64,000 bases of DNA from Dipteris shenzhenensis. Taxonomy: Eukaryota. This document shows positions 1 to 12,430 of this stretch, in pieces. Position 1 is the stretch's first letter. Each line of letters opens with the position of its first letter. The position numbers were made by a program, and so were the translations under genes. Location: the NCBI GenBank assembly GCA_047967505.1, contig CM106538.1; one strand, written 5' to 3'. Under the pieces are notes generated by a model, which had not been told where the DNA came from, did not search any database, and worked only from the letters and a program-made list of their open reading frames with translations.

Positions 1-911
1 CACTTCAAAATGCATCGATTGTTAGATATTAGCCAACAGACCTACTACTGGTTTGCAGCTGAAAGTAGATGAACAAAAGAACTTCAAACTAGCTGTGCTC
101 TTGCATAAAAAATGTGCGCAAGTACACAGACTGACATCTTTCCTAGAACAACAAATAACTACTTTAATACATGCTCCTCTGAATCATAGGTAAAATACAA
201 GCTGCTTTGTACTCAGCTTCTATCGAAGAAATAGTGATGGTACGTTTCTTCTTGCAAAGCCACACGATGGCCCTTGACCCCAATACAAAGCAATAATTTG
301 AGTGGACTGTTTTGTTCCAAATCACCAGTTCATACTAAATCATAGTATCCACTCAAAGTGCTGTCCTTTTGCAAGCGATCTTATAGCTGCATTTACGTTG
401 AGATACTTGAGTATTCTCATGGACACGTGGAGAGTCTTCAACAAGCTGCCCTCACTTCAGCACCACTCATCACCAATGCTTGCAAGGCACTTATAGACAT
501 ACTCTGCACATTGACACAGCTATACTCCTTGATTTGGCATTAGGGGGCAGATAATATTTAGAGTAGACAGATTCAGTGGCTGGGTATCTTGTCAGGCACC
601 TTATAGATTATTTGTATCCTCTGCAACCACAGAGGAGAGAGAGTTTTTATGAGATGGTAGAGGGTTAGAGACTATTCAAATAGACACTCCATATGATCAG
701 GCTAGTTGGCTTCAATGATGGCCAATACATAGATCCTCACCCCTATCTTATCATGGGTAATCCATAGAGTCTTTGGCTTTATGATAAATGCCCTTCTAGC
801 ACCTACCATGGGAATCAACAAGCGTGGTGATGGATTGATGCAGTGTCTCCCATGGGACATGCTTCTTCTTCGACTTCTAAGTCAGCAATGCTAGACGAGC
901 TACAAAGGATA

Positions 912-1198
912 TGTTGGTAAACTGAAAGGAAAGAGAAGAGTGGACACAAATTCAGAATACTTGCATATAGAATGAAGAAGAGTGAGGTCCTTATGTAGGC
1001 ACCTCTTACATGCTCATTGACATCACTGATGACTTCAGAGCTCCACAATCATCTCCTCAATCTGCTCCTAGATTCTCTCAATCATCCTATGTGGCTTTCC
1101 ACCACCTAACTGTGCTTATGGGCACCTAACTGTGCCTCTAGCACTCACACATAGAAACCAAGGTGTGCCTGAGGCATACACCTTGAGATATCCCAACA
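912..1198 (-). repeat. 3' LTR of gag-only element copy 1 (~287 bp)
   Basis: Reverse complement is homologous to LTRs 3641-3929 and 5990-6278; starts TGTTGGGATATCTCAAGG, ends CCAACA. Confidence 0.9.
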
Positions 1199-1577
1199 AA
1201 CCCCCCCTCAAGGGAATGCCTCAGGCTATGTCAAGGATACAACTAGCACAAGGTGTCTCATGCCATCTCATGGTGGTCATGGATCTATCAATGGCTAGGA
1301 TCTCAAGCTAGCAAGGGTTCCCATGGGTGTAAGGTAAACAAAAGGGATACAAAAGACCTTCCAATGGTTATCTCCCCTGCATGTACATGCACACAATGTG
1401 TGCAGGAGATACCATGGAGCATAAACACATACACATGGCCTACATCATAAGGTGACCAGAGGTGTTTACAAAACTCACAAAACACAATAGTTTATTTCAT
1501 TCATTTTGGAGGACTATCGAGGCTGAGTACCTTGACTCAACATAAAAAGAGAGATCTGGAGCATACATAGAGATGAT

Positions 1578-2408
1578 TTAAAATGCATAATCTTCAAAGG
1601 ATGCCTCATCTTGTGGAGGCACATCAACTGAAAGTAGATTGGCATTTTCTGTCTTTGCTTTGGCTTTGCAAAACTTCTCATGATGATTGTTTTTGCCACA
1701 GTGTTTGCATGGATTGATTTTGAAGCAGTCCTTTGAAAGGTGATTTGTCTTTCCACAATGATTGCAAGGTGTAAACTTGCCCTTCTGGATTTTTACAGCA
1801 TAAGCTGTGTCATTGCCTTTCCTGAGCTCCATGTGCCTTTCTTCTTCTTGGAGAGCAGAGATAATACCTTCAAGATTAGGATTAGGAAGATTTTTCAAAG
1901 TGGTAACAATATGATCATAATCTTCAGGCATACTCTTAAGCAACACTGCCATAGCATCATCTGTAGTGATAGGAGAGTTAATGGAAGCAAGTTGAGTCAT
2001 AAGACTCCGCATGTAATTGACATGGGCTGCCAAAGCAGTGCCACTAACCATCTTCAATTCAAAGAAAGAGATTTTAAGTGATAATTTAGAGATGTGAGAG
2101 CTAGCACCAAAAATCATGTCAAGCTTTTGCCAAGCTTCTGAAGGAGACTCTAAGTCAGAGATGTGATGAATATAATCATCTCCTAAAGCAAGAGCAATGA
2201 TACCATATGCTTTCTCCTCTCTAGCGGGATCCCTTGCAGGGAGTGTCGGAGCTGAGGATTCTCCAGCATTGGAGGCTGTAGAAGAAGAAGTTGAAGTCGG
2301 TTTGACAAGTCCCCAGAGGTTTTCCCTCATCAATGCAAATTTCACCTTCATCTGCCATGTGTGGAAGCCCTTTCCATTGAACTTATCTATATTCAATAGG
2401 GTAGCCAT
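1578..2408 (-). CDS. gag: Copia-type Gag (276 aa) with two CCHC zinc knuckles
   Basis: KFNGKGFHTWQMKVK..L...LW N-terminus, UBN2/Retrotran_gag_2-like core (LLKSMPEDYDHIVTTL), knuckles CNHCGKTNHLSKDC and CKHCGKNNHHEKFC; open frame. Confidence 0.92.
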   Translation of the reverse strand: MATLLNIDKFNGKGFHTWQMKVKFALMRENLWGLVKPTSTSSSTASNAGESSAPTLPARDPAREEKAYGIIALALGDDYIHHISDLESPSEAWQKLDMIFGASSHISKLSLKISFFELKMVSGTALAAHVNYMRSLMTQLASINSPITTDDAMAVLLKSMPEDYDHIVTTLKNLPNPNLEGIISALQEEERHMELRKGNDTAYAVKIQKGKFTPCNHCGKTNHLSKDCFKINPCKHCGKNNHHEKFCKAKAKTENANLLSVDVPPQDEASFEDYAF

Positions 2409-3640
2409 GAGAGGGTCTAACCCAGGTATTGGGCAGTGTCTACTGTCTTACAAGGCTAGAATAACAACTGAAAGGCTTCCAAATATAAGCATTTAATGTA
2501 GCAAAGACTAGTGACTAAAATTCAATCAATGATGCTTTTTCTTACATGCTTCATAGAGGTGGCTAAAATGAAAGCTTTTCAATCAAAACCAGGTATAGCA
2601 ACTCAAAGCAAAGCTGAAGCCACAGTTGTACTGATGTTATTGAAAGCTTCAAAAAACCAGAAATGCTAGAATAGCATCTTATGTAGCATCATCTTAAAAA
2701 ACTTGTCAAAACTGTCAAAATCAAAAGACTGAACTTGGAGGGCTTGTATCTCACTCTTCAGAGCAAAGGAAAAGGGGGTTTCTGAGGCAAAAGAGAGCTT
2801 ATATACCACAGAAGGTCCACTAAGGAGAAAAGGCGAGAAAACACGTCAGGGCGCCATAGCTTGTCTCTCCATTTTTGACTGGTTTTTCTCTATTTTCAGC
2901 TTGAATATGCAGCCATTGCTGCTCAGATTTCAGCACAGGATAGCTCTAGGTATGGACAAGCTCCCTCTGAAAGGAATTAGAGAAGCATGGAGCATGCTGA
3001 GAGAAAACGCAGGAAGAAGGGTCGACGAACTGCGTGAAATGGCGACGAGCAGAAGCGAAGGTTCGTCAATTCCTTGCAGCCAGGGATTCGCCCCTTCGAG
3101 GTGGATCTCCAGCAGGAAGGGCGTGGAGAATGGCAGAGAAACGGAGGAGAACAAGCTTAAGCAAATTTTGGGAAGAAGAGGAAAAGATGGTGAAGAAGAT
3201 GGAGAAGAAGAAGATGATGTGGCAGAAATGGATCAAGGGGGATCAAATGGCTCTCATACCATGTTGGCTCTGATACCTCCTTTGGTTTATTAACTTAGTC
3301 TTGTATCATGCATAGATTTGTCTTGGCAGATCACTGCTAGTCTAACTACATGGAAGATTTGGAAATGGAAATGCACAGAGGCTTTACGTGGAACTCAAAC
3401 TTATATCTCTTGATCACTTTCAGTGATCTAGCATCTTATACACACCCTCATGGCCACTTGGAGTACGATTCAAGGCTCCACAATGTGTTGTAGTGGCCAA
3501 GAGAGCTTCCTTCATTAGAGAGTAGGACCATGGTCTTTCCTTCACATATATAGTCACATATCCCTCTTGGCATTTCCACTCTTTGGATTGGCGACATAAA
3601 GGATTCACCTAATATCTTACTAGTAACTATATCTATATGG

Positions 3641-3929
3641 TGTTGGGATATCTCAAGGTGTATGCCTCAGGCACACCTTATGTTTCTATGTGTGAGTGCT
3701 AGAGGCACAGTTAGGTGCCCACAAGCACAGTTAGGTGGTGGAAAAGCCACATAGGATGATTGAGTGAATCTAGGAGCAGATTGAGGAGATGATTGTGGAG
3801 CTTTGAGGTCATCAGTGATGTCAGTGACCTTGTATGAGGTGCCTACTTAAGGACCTCTTTCTTCTTCATTCTATAAGCAAGTATTCTGAATTTGTGTCAA
3901 CTCTACTCTTTCCTTTCAGTATTCCAACA
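3641..3929 (+). repeat. 5' LTR of copy 2
   Basis: TG...CA, immediately followed by the PBS. Confidence 0.95.
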
Positions 3930-4785
3930 TGGTATCAGAGCCATTTGATCCCCCTTGAGCCCATTTTTGCCACATCATCATCTTCTTCCTCTTCTTCTTC
4001 TTCACCATCTCTCCCTCTTCTTCCAAAAACTTGCTTAAGCTTGTTCTCCTCCATTTCTCACTCATCTCCCACGCCCTTCCAGCTGAAGATCCACCTAGAT
4101 GGGGCGAACTCCTGGCTGCAAGGAATCGACGAAATACCCGCGCTGCTGGTCGCCATTGTACGAAAGTCGTCGAAGTTCTCTGCTGCAAGTTCTCTGCGCC
4201 TGCTTCGACTTTCTCTAATTCCTTTCAGGGGGAGTTAGTCCATACCTAGAGCTACCTTGTGCTGAAATCTGAGCAGCAATGGCTGCATATTGAAGGAGAA
4301 AACAGAGAAAAATCAGTCGACTTTGTTCATGAAGGTGAAGGCAACCTGACGCATATTTTCGCCTCTTCTTCCCAGAGGATCTACTGTGGTATACCAGCTT
4401 TCTTTTGCCTCAGAAAGCCCTCTTTCTTTTGCTTTGAAGAGTGTGCTATGAGCCCTCCAAGTTCAGCTCTCTAGTTTTGACAGTTTTTACATGCTTTTGA
4501 AAATGATGCTACATAAAATGCTACTCTAGCATTTCTGGTCTTTTGAAGTTTTTAATAACTTCACTACAAGTGTTGCTTCAGTTTTTTTTTGACTTGCTAG
4601 ACCTGGTTGTGATTGGAAAGTGGTTATTTCATCCACTTCTATGAAGCATATAAAAAGTAGCATCATTGTTTGAAAACTAGTCACTACTATTTGCTACATC
4701 AAGTGGCTATACTTTGGAAGTATTGCAGTTCTTTTTGCCTTGTAAGAGAGATAGACACTGCCCAATATCTGGGTTAGACCCTCTC

Positions 4786-5616
4786 ATGGCTACTTTATAT
4801 AATCTTGAGAAGTTCAATGGAAAGGGGTTCCATACATGGCAAATGAAGGTAAAATTTGCATTAATGCGGGAGAACTTATGGGGACTTGTCAAACCTTCTC
4901 CTACCGCTTCTTCTACGGCCTCAAATGCTGGGGAATCTTCAGCTCCGACACGACCGGCAAGGGATCCAGCAAGAGAAGAAAAAGCATATGGTATAATTGC
5001 TTTAGCTTTGGGTGATGATTACATACATCATATATCTGACTTGGAGTCTCCATCGGAAGCATGGCAGAAGCTAGATTTGATTTTTGGTGCAAGCTCTCAT
5101 ATTTCTAAACTATCACTTAAAATCTCTTTCTTTGAATTAAAAATGGCAAGTGATACTACTTTAGCTGCCCATGTCAACTATATGCGGAGTCTTATGACTC
5201 AGTTAGCTTCTATCAACTCTCCTATCACCCCTGATGATGCTATGGCAGTACTACTTAAGAGTATGCCTGAAAGCTTTGATCACATTGTAAGCACTTTGAA
5301 GAATCTTCCAAATCCAAACCTTGAAGGCATTATCTCAGCTCTCCAAGAAGAAGAAAGACACATGGAGTTAAGGAAAGGCAATGACACTGCTTATGTTATG
5401 AAATTCCAGAAGGGCAAGTACTCTCCTTGCAATCACTGTGGAAAGACAAATCACCTTTCAAAGGACTGCTTCAAAGTTAATCCATGTAAGCACTGTGGCA
5501 AAAACAACCATAGTGAGAAGTTCTGCAGAGACAAAGCAAAGACAGAAAATGCAAATCTACTTACAGTGAATTTGCCTCCACAAGATGAGGCATCCCATGA
5601 AGATTATGCATTTTAA
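4786..5616 (+). CDS. gag: Copia-type Gag (276 aa) with two CCHC zinc knuckles
   Basis: ATG at 4786 matches the copy-1 start; same length as copy 1; two CX2CX4HX4C motifs. Confidence 0.92.
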   Translation: MATLYNLEKFNGKGFHTWQMKVKFALMRENLWGLVKPSPTASSTASNAGESSAPTRPARDPAREEKAYGIIALALGDDYIHHISDLESPSEAWQKLDLIFGASSHISKLSLKISFFELKMASDTTLAAHVNYMRSLMTQLASINSPITPDDAMAVLLKSMPESFDHIVSTLKNLPNPNLEGIISALQEEERHMELRKGNDTAYVMKFQKGKYSPCNHCGKTNHLSKDCFKVNPCKHCGKNNHSEKFCRDKAKTENANLLTVNLPPQDEASHEDYAF

Positions 5617-5989
5617 ATCATCTCTATGTATGCTCCAGATCACTCTTTTTATGTCAAGGTACTCAGCCTGGATAGTCCTCCAAAATGAATGAAAATAAAC
5701 TATTGTGTTGTGTGTGTTTGTGAACACCTCTGGTCACCTTATGATGTAGGCCATGTGTATGTTTGTTCCATGGTACCTCCTACAGACATTGCGTGCATGT
5801 ATATGTAGGAGAGATAACCATTGGAAGGTCTGTTTGTATCCCTTTCTGTTTACCTTACACCCAAGGAAACCCTTGCTAGCATGAGAACCTAGCCATAGAT
5901 TAATCCTTGACCACCATGAGATGGCATGAGAAACTATGAGACTAGATGTATCCTTGACTTAGCCTGAGGCATTTCCTTGAGGGGGGGTT

Positions 5990-6278
5990 TGTTGGGATAT
6001 CTCAAGGTGTATGCCTCAGGCACACCTTATGTTTCTATGTGTGAGTGCTAGAGGCACAGTTAGGTGCCCACAAGCACAGTTAGGTAGTGGAAAAGCCACA
6101 TAGGATGATTGAGTGAATCTAGGAGCAGATTGAGGAGATGATTGTGGAGCTTTGAGGTCATCAGTGATGTCAGTGACCTTGTATGAGGTGCCTACTTAAG
6201 GACCTCTTTCTTCTTCATTCTATAAGCAAGTATTCTGAATTTGTGTCAACTCTACTCTTTCCTTTCAGTATTCCAACA
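5990..6278 (+). repeat. 3' LTR of copy 2
   Basis: Preceded by the PPT, followed by TSD TATGG. Confidence 0.95.
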
Positions 6279-8963
6279 TATGGATCAAAGGATTTGTCTC
6301 CTTGTGCTAAAGTTTCTTGTTCATTATGCTCCCATATATATTAAAATTTACTAATTCTAGTGGGACCTTGGACCTGATCATAACCTCCTTGGAGAATGGA
6401 TCCCAATGTTGCTTGCCCTATATGCATGTCTAGCACGAAGTGTCTCTAACAATGCAAGTCACTCCATCAAACCAGTAATTTGCATCTGTATCATATTATA
6501 CTATTCAAAACACTAGTTGAAAGCAGATTCTTGCAAATGTCAAGAACCTCATGGATATTGGAGAGCAGCTCTTCTTTGGCCTTGATTGCGGTGACTAGGA
6601 TACTAAATAAAACAATCATGCAGAGCAAATTTAGATGAAGTGATGCAACACTTTATAAGGCTTGTGAAAGTTTGTATGCCTTTATAAAAATAAAAGATCG
6701 ATACTTTTGTCATGGTACTGGCTTTTATTGCAAGACTAAAATGTAAGTTTAATAGGCATTATGCCAAACTTATCAGGTTAGAGCAATCTGGAGTCTATAC
6801 ACATGCCTGTAGTTTATGATACATGTTAAACCACCATTTTTAAAGGCTTGCAAAGACCTATTGTCTACTGGGTCAAGGCAAGACATTATGTGAGGAATTG
6901 TAGAAAGAAGGTAGGCAAGAAAAAAGGAGGAAGACAAGACGGAGGAGGAGAAATAACTAGTCATGCTGGCAGCGAATAATCTTCTTTGTTGGAACATTGT
7001 GAGGTTCACTTGGTAAGGAAAGAGGATTGGATTGCAGATGGTGGAAAGAGGATTGTGGGGCTTCCAAGCACATGTCAAACGAGAGGGTGTAGGTCAAAAC
7101 TTTGAAGGCAACACATTCAGATTCCTTAGTGAAGGTTGCTGACAACAGGAAGTTGGTGGTCAGTGGATTGACAACATGTCTCTCGTGGTTTCTCCTTTAT
7201 CTAAGCAGCCTCTAGGCATTGTTTATGTGTGAGTGTGTGAATTTGTATGTGTGAGAGCATATGTTTATACTATGGCCTACAACCACTGTTGGGCGCTGAT
7301 GATGTCAGTGGGGATGTCATAGTAGCTAATCTGTGCTATGCGTGATGGAGTTTATGGTTTTCAACCTTATGAGTGACTATCGTGAGATTGAAACTGCACT
7401 ATGTTGTGTTTTTAGAGGATGAGTTTGGGCGTGTTCCTACACTCATCTATAGGTGTATGATGAAACGCAAGATGCCAGCCTGATCCCGACAGGTGATGGC
7501 TGGAACAGGCAGAAATGGGCGATTGAGCAGATGTAAGTCGATGATCAGGTTCTAAACGGATGGCGTTGCTCTTACAGATGGTGACACAGTTAGAAGCAGA
7601 TGACATATGCACGTAGGCGTGCTTCTGGTGCAAGTTGTAGTAGAAGACAAACGATGCTTGGAGCACCTAAACAATGCTTAGCAGGTGAGCGATGCCTCTG
7701 GAGCAGCTCTGGTCTCTGCGGCGGTGCATAGAATTGTGGCCGCACTCTAGACAGAAGCTGAATGAAACAATGGTGCTCCTGCGGCAGTTCATGTAGATGG
7801 CATCTATGCACTAAGTACAGTTAGAGCTGAACTTCGAGTGGTAATTCAAGCTGAACTGAGAAGCAAAGACAGATCTGAACTTCGTTGCCAGGATGCAGGA
7901 AATGTTGAGGCCAGGCAAGGTATTGGTGAGCGATGGCTCAGCAAGCAGGTCGAGACGAAATGAAGAAGTGGATGCACATGTAGGAGCTTGTACAAAATAA
8001 TCGAAAGGTACATAGTACAACACCAAATTGAGGTTATATATGTCTAACATAGAGACCTAACTCTAATGGGAATGTAGAAATTTCCCCAAGGGGTGTTCAC
8101 ACCACACTAAACATCAAACAATGGAGTGCGTTTCATGTCTAATATGTCTTCTCTGGACTGCAATGCTTTGTGCTGCAGCACACTGCATACTATATTAAAA
8201 TGGTTTTTATAATGATTTCATGTTTTTTTTGCCTAATACTCCTCAACATGGAGTAGCCTGTTATAGGGACTGTTTTCTTCCATCTTTAAAACTAGTCAAT
8301 AATGCAGATAACCAACCCAATTTTATGATTACAGCGGGATTAGGCAGGCTTTTTGCTACGTACACTAGGAGTTGTTGATGGCATCTGGTTTCACAAGCTG
8401 GCCCGTCTTACCATTACATTTGTAGTGCAACAGAAGTCTGTTTGCTACTGACCTGTGTGTTTTCTCACATATATTATTGCGTTTTACTTTTCAATTGTAT
8501 TGCACTGACTAAAGATGTTATCAGTCAGGGGTAAGATAGTGGATAAGGAGGGTTTGCATGGAAATCATTCTTCTGTTTCAGCTGGAGATACAGTAGCAGA
8601 TGTGAACCATCTTGGCATCGTGTTTCAAGGGTTAAATGAATGCAGAAGTGAATGCATTGTGAGTGTTAGCGATAAATGGCCTTTCAGTACAAAACTGCAG
8701 TTTTGGGCACTAGCAAATTTTATAGGGGTCCTTGTTGCAACACAATTTCTTTATATTACAGTAGAAGAGGCCATGGTCCTTTGCCTTTTTAAAGAACTGA
8801 TGCTAATATCATTGCTATAGAAAGCTGCTACGGGTAGAATGTGCTATATCTCCATATCTGCTACATATATGCAAAGCCTTTCTACATTTGTCAATGACAA
8901 ATATGCTGTTTTTGAGAAGAATTGCTTTATTTATTAAAAAACGATTTGATGTGTGTGGAGCAG

Positions 8964-9119
8964 GTAAAGACTGCGAAGGAGGAATTTTCTTCACTTCGAT
9001 TTTCTTCAGCATGTGAAGCTATACTTTCCATTGCAAATGTTGGGAATGCATACCTTAATGAGCGTGCTCCTTGGTCTCTTTTCAAGCAAGGGGGTGCAAG
9101 TGCAGTTTTGGCTGCTCAG
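8964..9119 (+). CDS. OVA1: Organellar methionyl-tRNA synthetase, internal exon (anticodon-binding domain); earlier exons not found in window
   Basis: CAG|GTA...CAG|GT boundaries, 52 codons, phase 0; VKTAKEEFSSLRFSSACEAILSIANVGNAYLNERAPWSLFKQGG matches the MetRS helical bundle (N.Y.....PW motif). Confidence 0.9.
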
Positions 9120-9300
9120 GTTTGTAATGACCCATAAGTCTTAAGCTTGGCAATGCGTAAATCCAGAGATAGGGTTGATGTTTTTGCTCTTCCCTTTTAT
9201 TTATGTCATATATTTGTGAATTTGGAGATATGTCATTGAATGCAGATTTACAACGTACTCTATTCTGGAAGGTCTTGCTTCACCTTTTGGTCATCGATTG

Positions 9301-9460
9301 TATTGTGTGTCATATGTATTGCAATGCCAGCAGCTCTGAGAATCGAGATATGATTCTAATTGACCTAGCCTTCAAACAATAAATCTAATAAGGCAAATAT
9401 TGTGTGTCATATGTATTGCATTCCAGCAGCTCTGAGATATGATTCTTAGTGACCTAGCCG
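9301..9460 (+). repeat. Imperfect ~98-bp tandem duplication in intron
   Basis: TATTGTGTGTCATATGTATTGCA..CCAGCAGCTCTGAG...GACCTAGCC occurs at 9301 and ~9398. Confidence 0.8.
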
Positions 9461-10414
9461 TAAAACAGAAAAGTCTTATAAAGCAGTTATTATGCTCTTT
9501 CTATGAATAGATTCTTTCTGTTAGCAACTAAGGGTTTCTGTGATAGCTGCATTCCGGCACATGCTTTACTCAAACCGCTGGCCAGCGGCCAGAGCTACTA
9601 ACTAATCCGCCTGCATGATAAGAAGGCTGTGCCTCCTCCTTGACAGACTGCCTAGGGCCAGGTGGGCCAGGATGCTGACCAACCTGCATGTCTTGTGGCT
9701 TCTATGTTAACATAGTTAGCCTCCTTGGCTGCACTTATCTGATCATCCCATTTGAGGTGCTAATTATATGAGGTATCCTCATGGATTTTAAGATTTTGGG
9801 TCCCATATTTATTGTGGGTCTTAGAGTTGCATATTCCATGTTCTAAAATTTGGGACCTAGGTCCACCTATCCCGGGTTTTGTGCCTTGGGTCCACTTGTT
9901 TCTGATATGAGTTCCTTGATCCACTTCTTGTGGTTTTGGGTCCTTCGTTTTGTGTCCTCCACTAGTTTCAAGTGCCAAGCCCATCGACTTCAGGCCCATG
10001 GTCCACTAGTTCTGAGTCCCAAGCACATTGATGTTGGTGAAGGAGCCGTGTGGGACTCTACAGCATCCATGTAAGCGTGTGGAGATTCATCCACCATCCC
10101 TCACCACGCATGGGACATAAGAATTGTAGGAACTTGGTGGAGAAATACTTGGAGAGAGAGTAAATAAATTCTGCCTTAAGAGATTTAAGGCAAGGTGTGA
10201 TATGTGAATAAAAAAGTTCACAAATATGTACAGCCAGGAGGAGGGACATTGTGAATAGCTGTTACGGTGAAACAAGTAACTATTTCAGCTTCCATCTGCC
10301 AAACATGCTCTCATAGTTGAGAGTCGGAGGGGGATACGTTCCACTAAATTTTAGTCTATGCAAAATAATGTTTTGGAGCGGGTAGTTGTAACCCCTCTTC
10401 GCTATGGAGCCAAA

Positions 10415-12430
10415 AAGAAAGAAAGAATAGAAAGATAGTTTATTAAAGTCTACGAAAGACCGATGGGTCTATGGGACTGGTAGAAAACCTGATACAACAA
10501 GCAGAAGGGTGGAGCTACTAAGCGAGCATCATCATATATCATCAGTAGTGGCATCATCATCATCTTCATGAGTACAATACGGTGTCATAACGATGTAGGT
10601 GTCAGAGGGAGCTTGGGGGGAAGGCGAGGTCGTGCGGATGTATAGCTAGTAATGGAGCGCTGGTGGCTTTCTGTGGGTGCAGTTCGTCTCGATCTCCTGG
10701 CGATGACCCTGCTCCTAACCAGAGCTACTATAACTCGTGTGGGCCATGCTGCGGGTCTGAACAGGGATGGGAGGTCGCCGAGTGTAATCTGCGTGTCCGT
10801 CCGAGTATGGTGTGTCTCAAACTCTGGGTCTTTGTTGCGTCTCCCGTCAGGGGGACTGGGTGATCCATATGGTCTGAGTGAAAAACTCTATAAGCCTGCT
10901 GTAGGAGGAATCGGACTGTGTGTTGGAGGCCTGTCTCCGTGCCCTGAGTAGGTGCTCTCTGTGCCAAAGTGCCTCATGAAGGAAAGCAGCAAGGCACCCT
11001 TGGTCTGGGTATGAAATAATCCTGGAGAGGGCCCCAAAACCATCTTTGAAGAGACAGTGATATCGACCACATAACTTATAGTACACGGGGCATTTGAATG
11101 CGAAGTGCTTCTTCGAATCAACCTCCTATCGATCACATAGCACGCATATGCGACACTCTCTAGGTATCCCCTTAGCTCGACCGCTCTTGATACGGAGTCG
11201 GTGTGATGACACTCAAAACTGCCCAGTGGCGATCCTCAGTGAGTGTGGTAGGTGGATCCGCTTGTACTCTGGGGGGATAATGAAACCCTTCTCCAAGATG
11301 TGGACGCAATGGTCTCTGTAGAAGCTGAGCTTCACTGGAAGCTCCCTCGGCTCCAACCATGTCTTGAAAGTGTGTAGCTATAAGAGATCCTCTTGAATGA
11401 CCTGGTTCACCTCGTGGTATCCAAGTGGGAAGGATGTACTCAAAAGGAGGGAATCTATCAATGTGGAGCCCCAATCTCTCAAACCAATTACGTGTCTTTG
11501 CATACTAGCCTCTCTCCTCTCCTCCATCTGCGAGACCCATGGATGAGGCCATAGCCAACCATGGCAGCCTACGTCGCCCCGATGTGTAGGATTTGTAGAT
11601 AGGTGATAGTCTGGAAGGGTGCATCTAGCTGCAACAGGGAAGCACCAAACTCGGCCTGGATGATATGGTGCGGCACCAATGGCTTGGCCCGAATCACCCG
11701 CGAGAGCAAGAGAATGTGTAGTTTCCCTACTCAAGACAAATTTGGCTCTGAGAGGTTTGGCCCCCAACAAGGGCTGCCATACATGCCTACTGGTCGAACC
11801 AAGGAGTCAAATAGAAGAGCCTTGTTCCGAGGATCTCGAAAGTGCGAGTGGAAGCACTGTCTCTCCAGTCGTGCAACTGAGGTGTAGCCCCTACTCAAAC
11901 GGGCCTGCATCGCCAGTCTCATCGTGAAGATTGGGCCAGAGAAAGTGATACCCAAGTAGGTATATGAGGAGACAATCTCAACTAACGTCCCACCGAATGT
12001 GAGCTGTTCCCTGTGCATGGCTGCCCGAGATGTGTTCAAGATGTAGGAGACACATGACAACATTTGTATTAATTAAATTTGAAAGAGTGAAACCTGAGAT
12101 GCACTGCAGAATGCACCACGATTATTACAAACCATCCAATATTACGAGCCACTCAAATTACAATGGCAAGGACAAATGCTACTGGCCTACTACCAGGAAG
12201 ATGGACAGGGGTCCACCCATAGTAAATTTGGCATGATAATAAGGTGCACTACAACATCAGAAACCGCAAAAAGGAAGTTGTTAAGGAGGAGTCTTCAACA
12301 AGGTTGACCTTCAAATCGTGTGACTCACAAAAGGTATGCAATGTGTCTAAGTGTCTCTGGAGCTCCTCGAGAGAAGAGGACATCAATACCACGTCATCTG
12401 TGTACAAGAGGATCTGAACCAAGGTACTAG
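10415..12430 (-). mobile_element. 5'-truncated RTE/RTEX-like LINE (RT C-terminal half, C-terminal zinc finger, 3' tail)
   Basis: LLYTDDVVL (YxDD), YTYLGITF, LVRPVGMYGSPCWG, CRICVLC...HF.FKCP; AATAAA then a CT-rich tail at ~10445-10415; interrupted at ~12042-12300. Confidence 0.85.

Larger units (their letters stand above)
912..3267 (-). mobile_element. Gag-only (TR-GAG-like) Copia-type LTR element, copy 1, 5' LTR almost entirely lost
   Basis: 3' LTR 912-1198 (TG...CA), PPT (rc CCCCCCCTCA) at ~1201-1210, intact gag, tRNA-iMet PBS (rc GCTCTCATACCA, 3250-3261) followed by only 6 bp of LTR; no pol. Colinear with the 3641-6278 copy. Confidence 0.9.
3641..6278 (+). mobile_element. Complete gag-only (TR-GAG-like) LTR retrotransposon, copy 2, 2638 bp
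   Basis: 289-bp LTRs (3641-3929, 5990-6278) with one mismatch by my reading; 5-bp TSD TATGG (3636-3640 and 6279-6283); PBS TGGTATCAGAGC at 3930-3941; PPT GAGGGGGGG just before 5990; single gag ORF, no pol. Confidence 0.96.

Noticed and set aside
2901-3293. 130-aa antisense ORF in the leader of the gag-only element
   Set aside because: The equivalent frame in copy 2 is interrupted by a stop and indels, so it is not conserved.
8515-8820. 101-aa ORF as a further MetRS exon
   Set aside because: No resemblance to the expected upstream MetRS sequence.
12042-12300. TG...CA insert in the LINE as a solo LTR
   Set aside because: No TSD and no second copy in the window.
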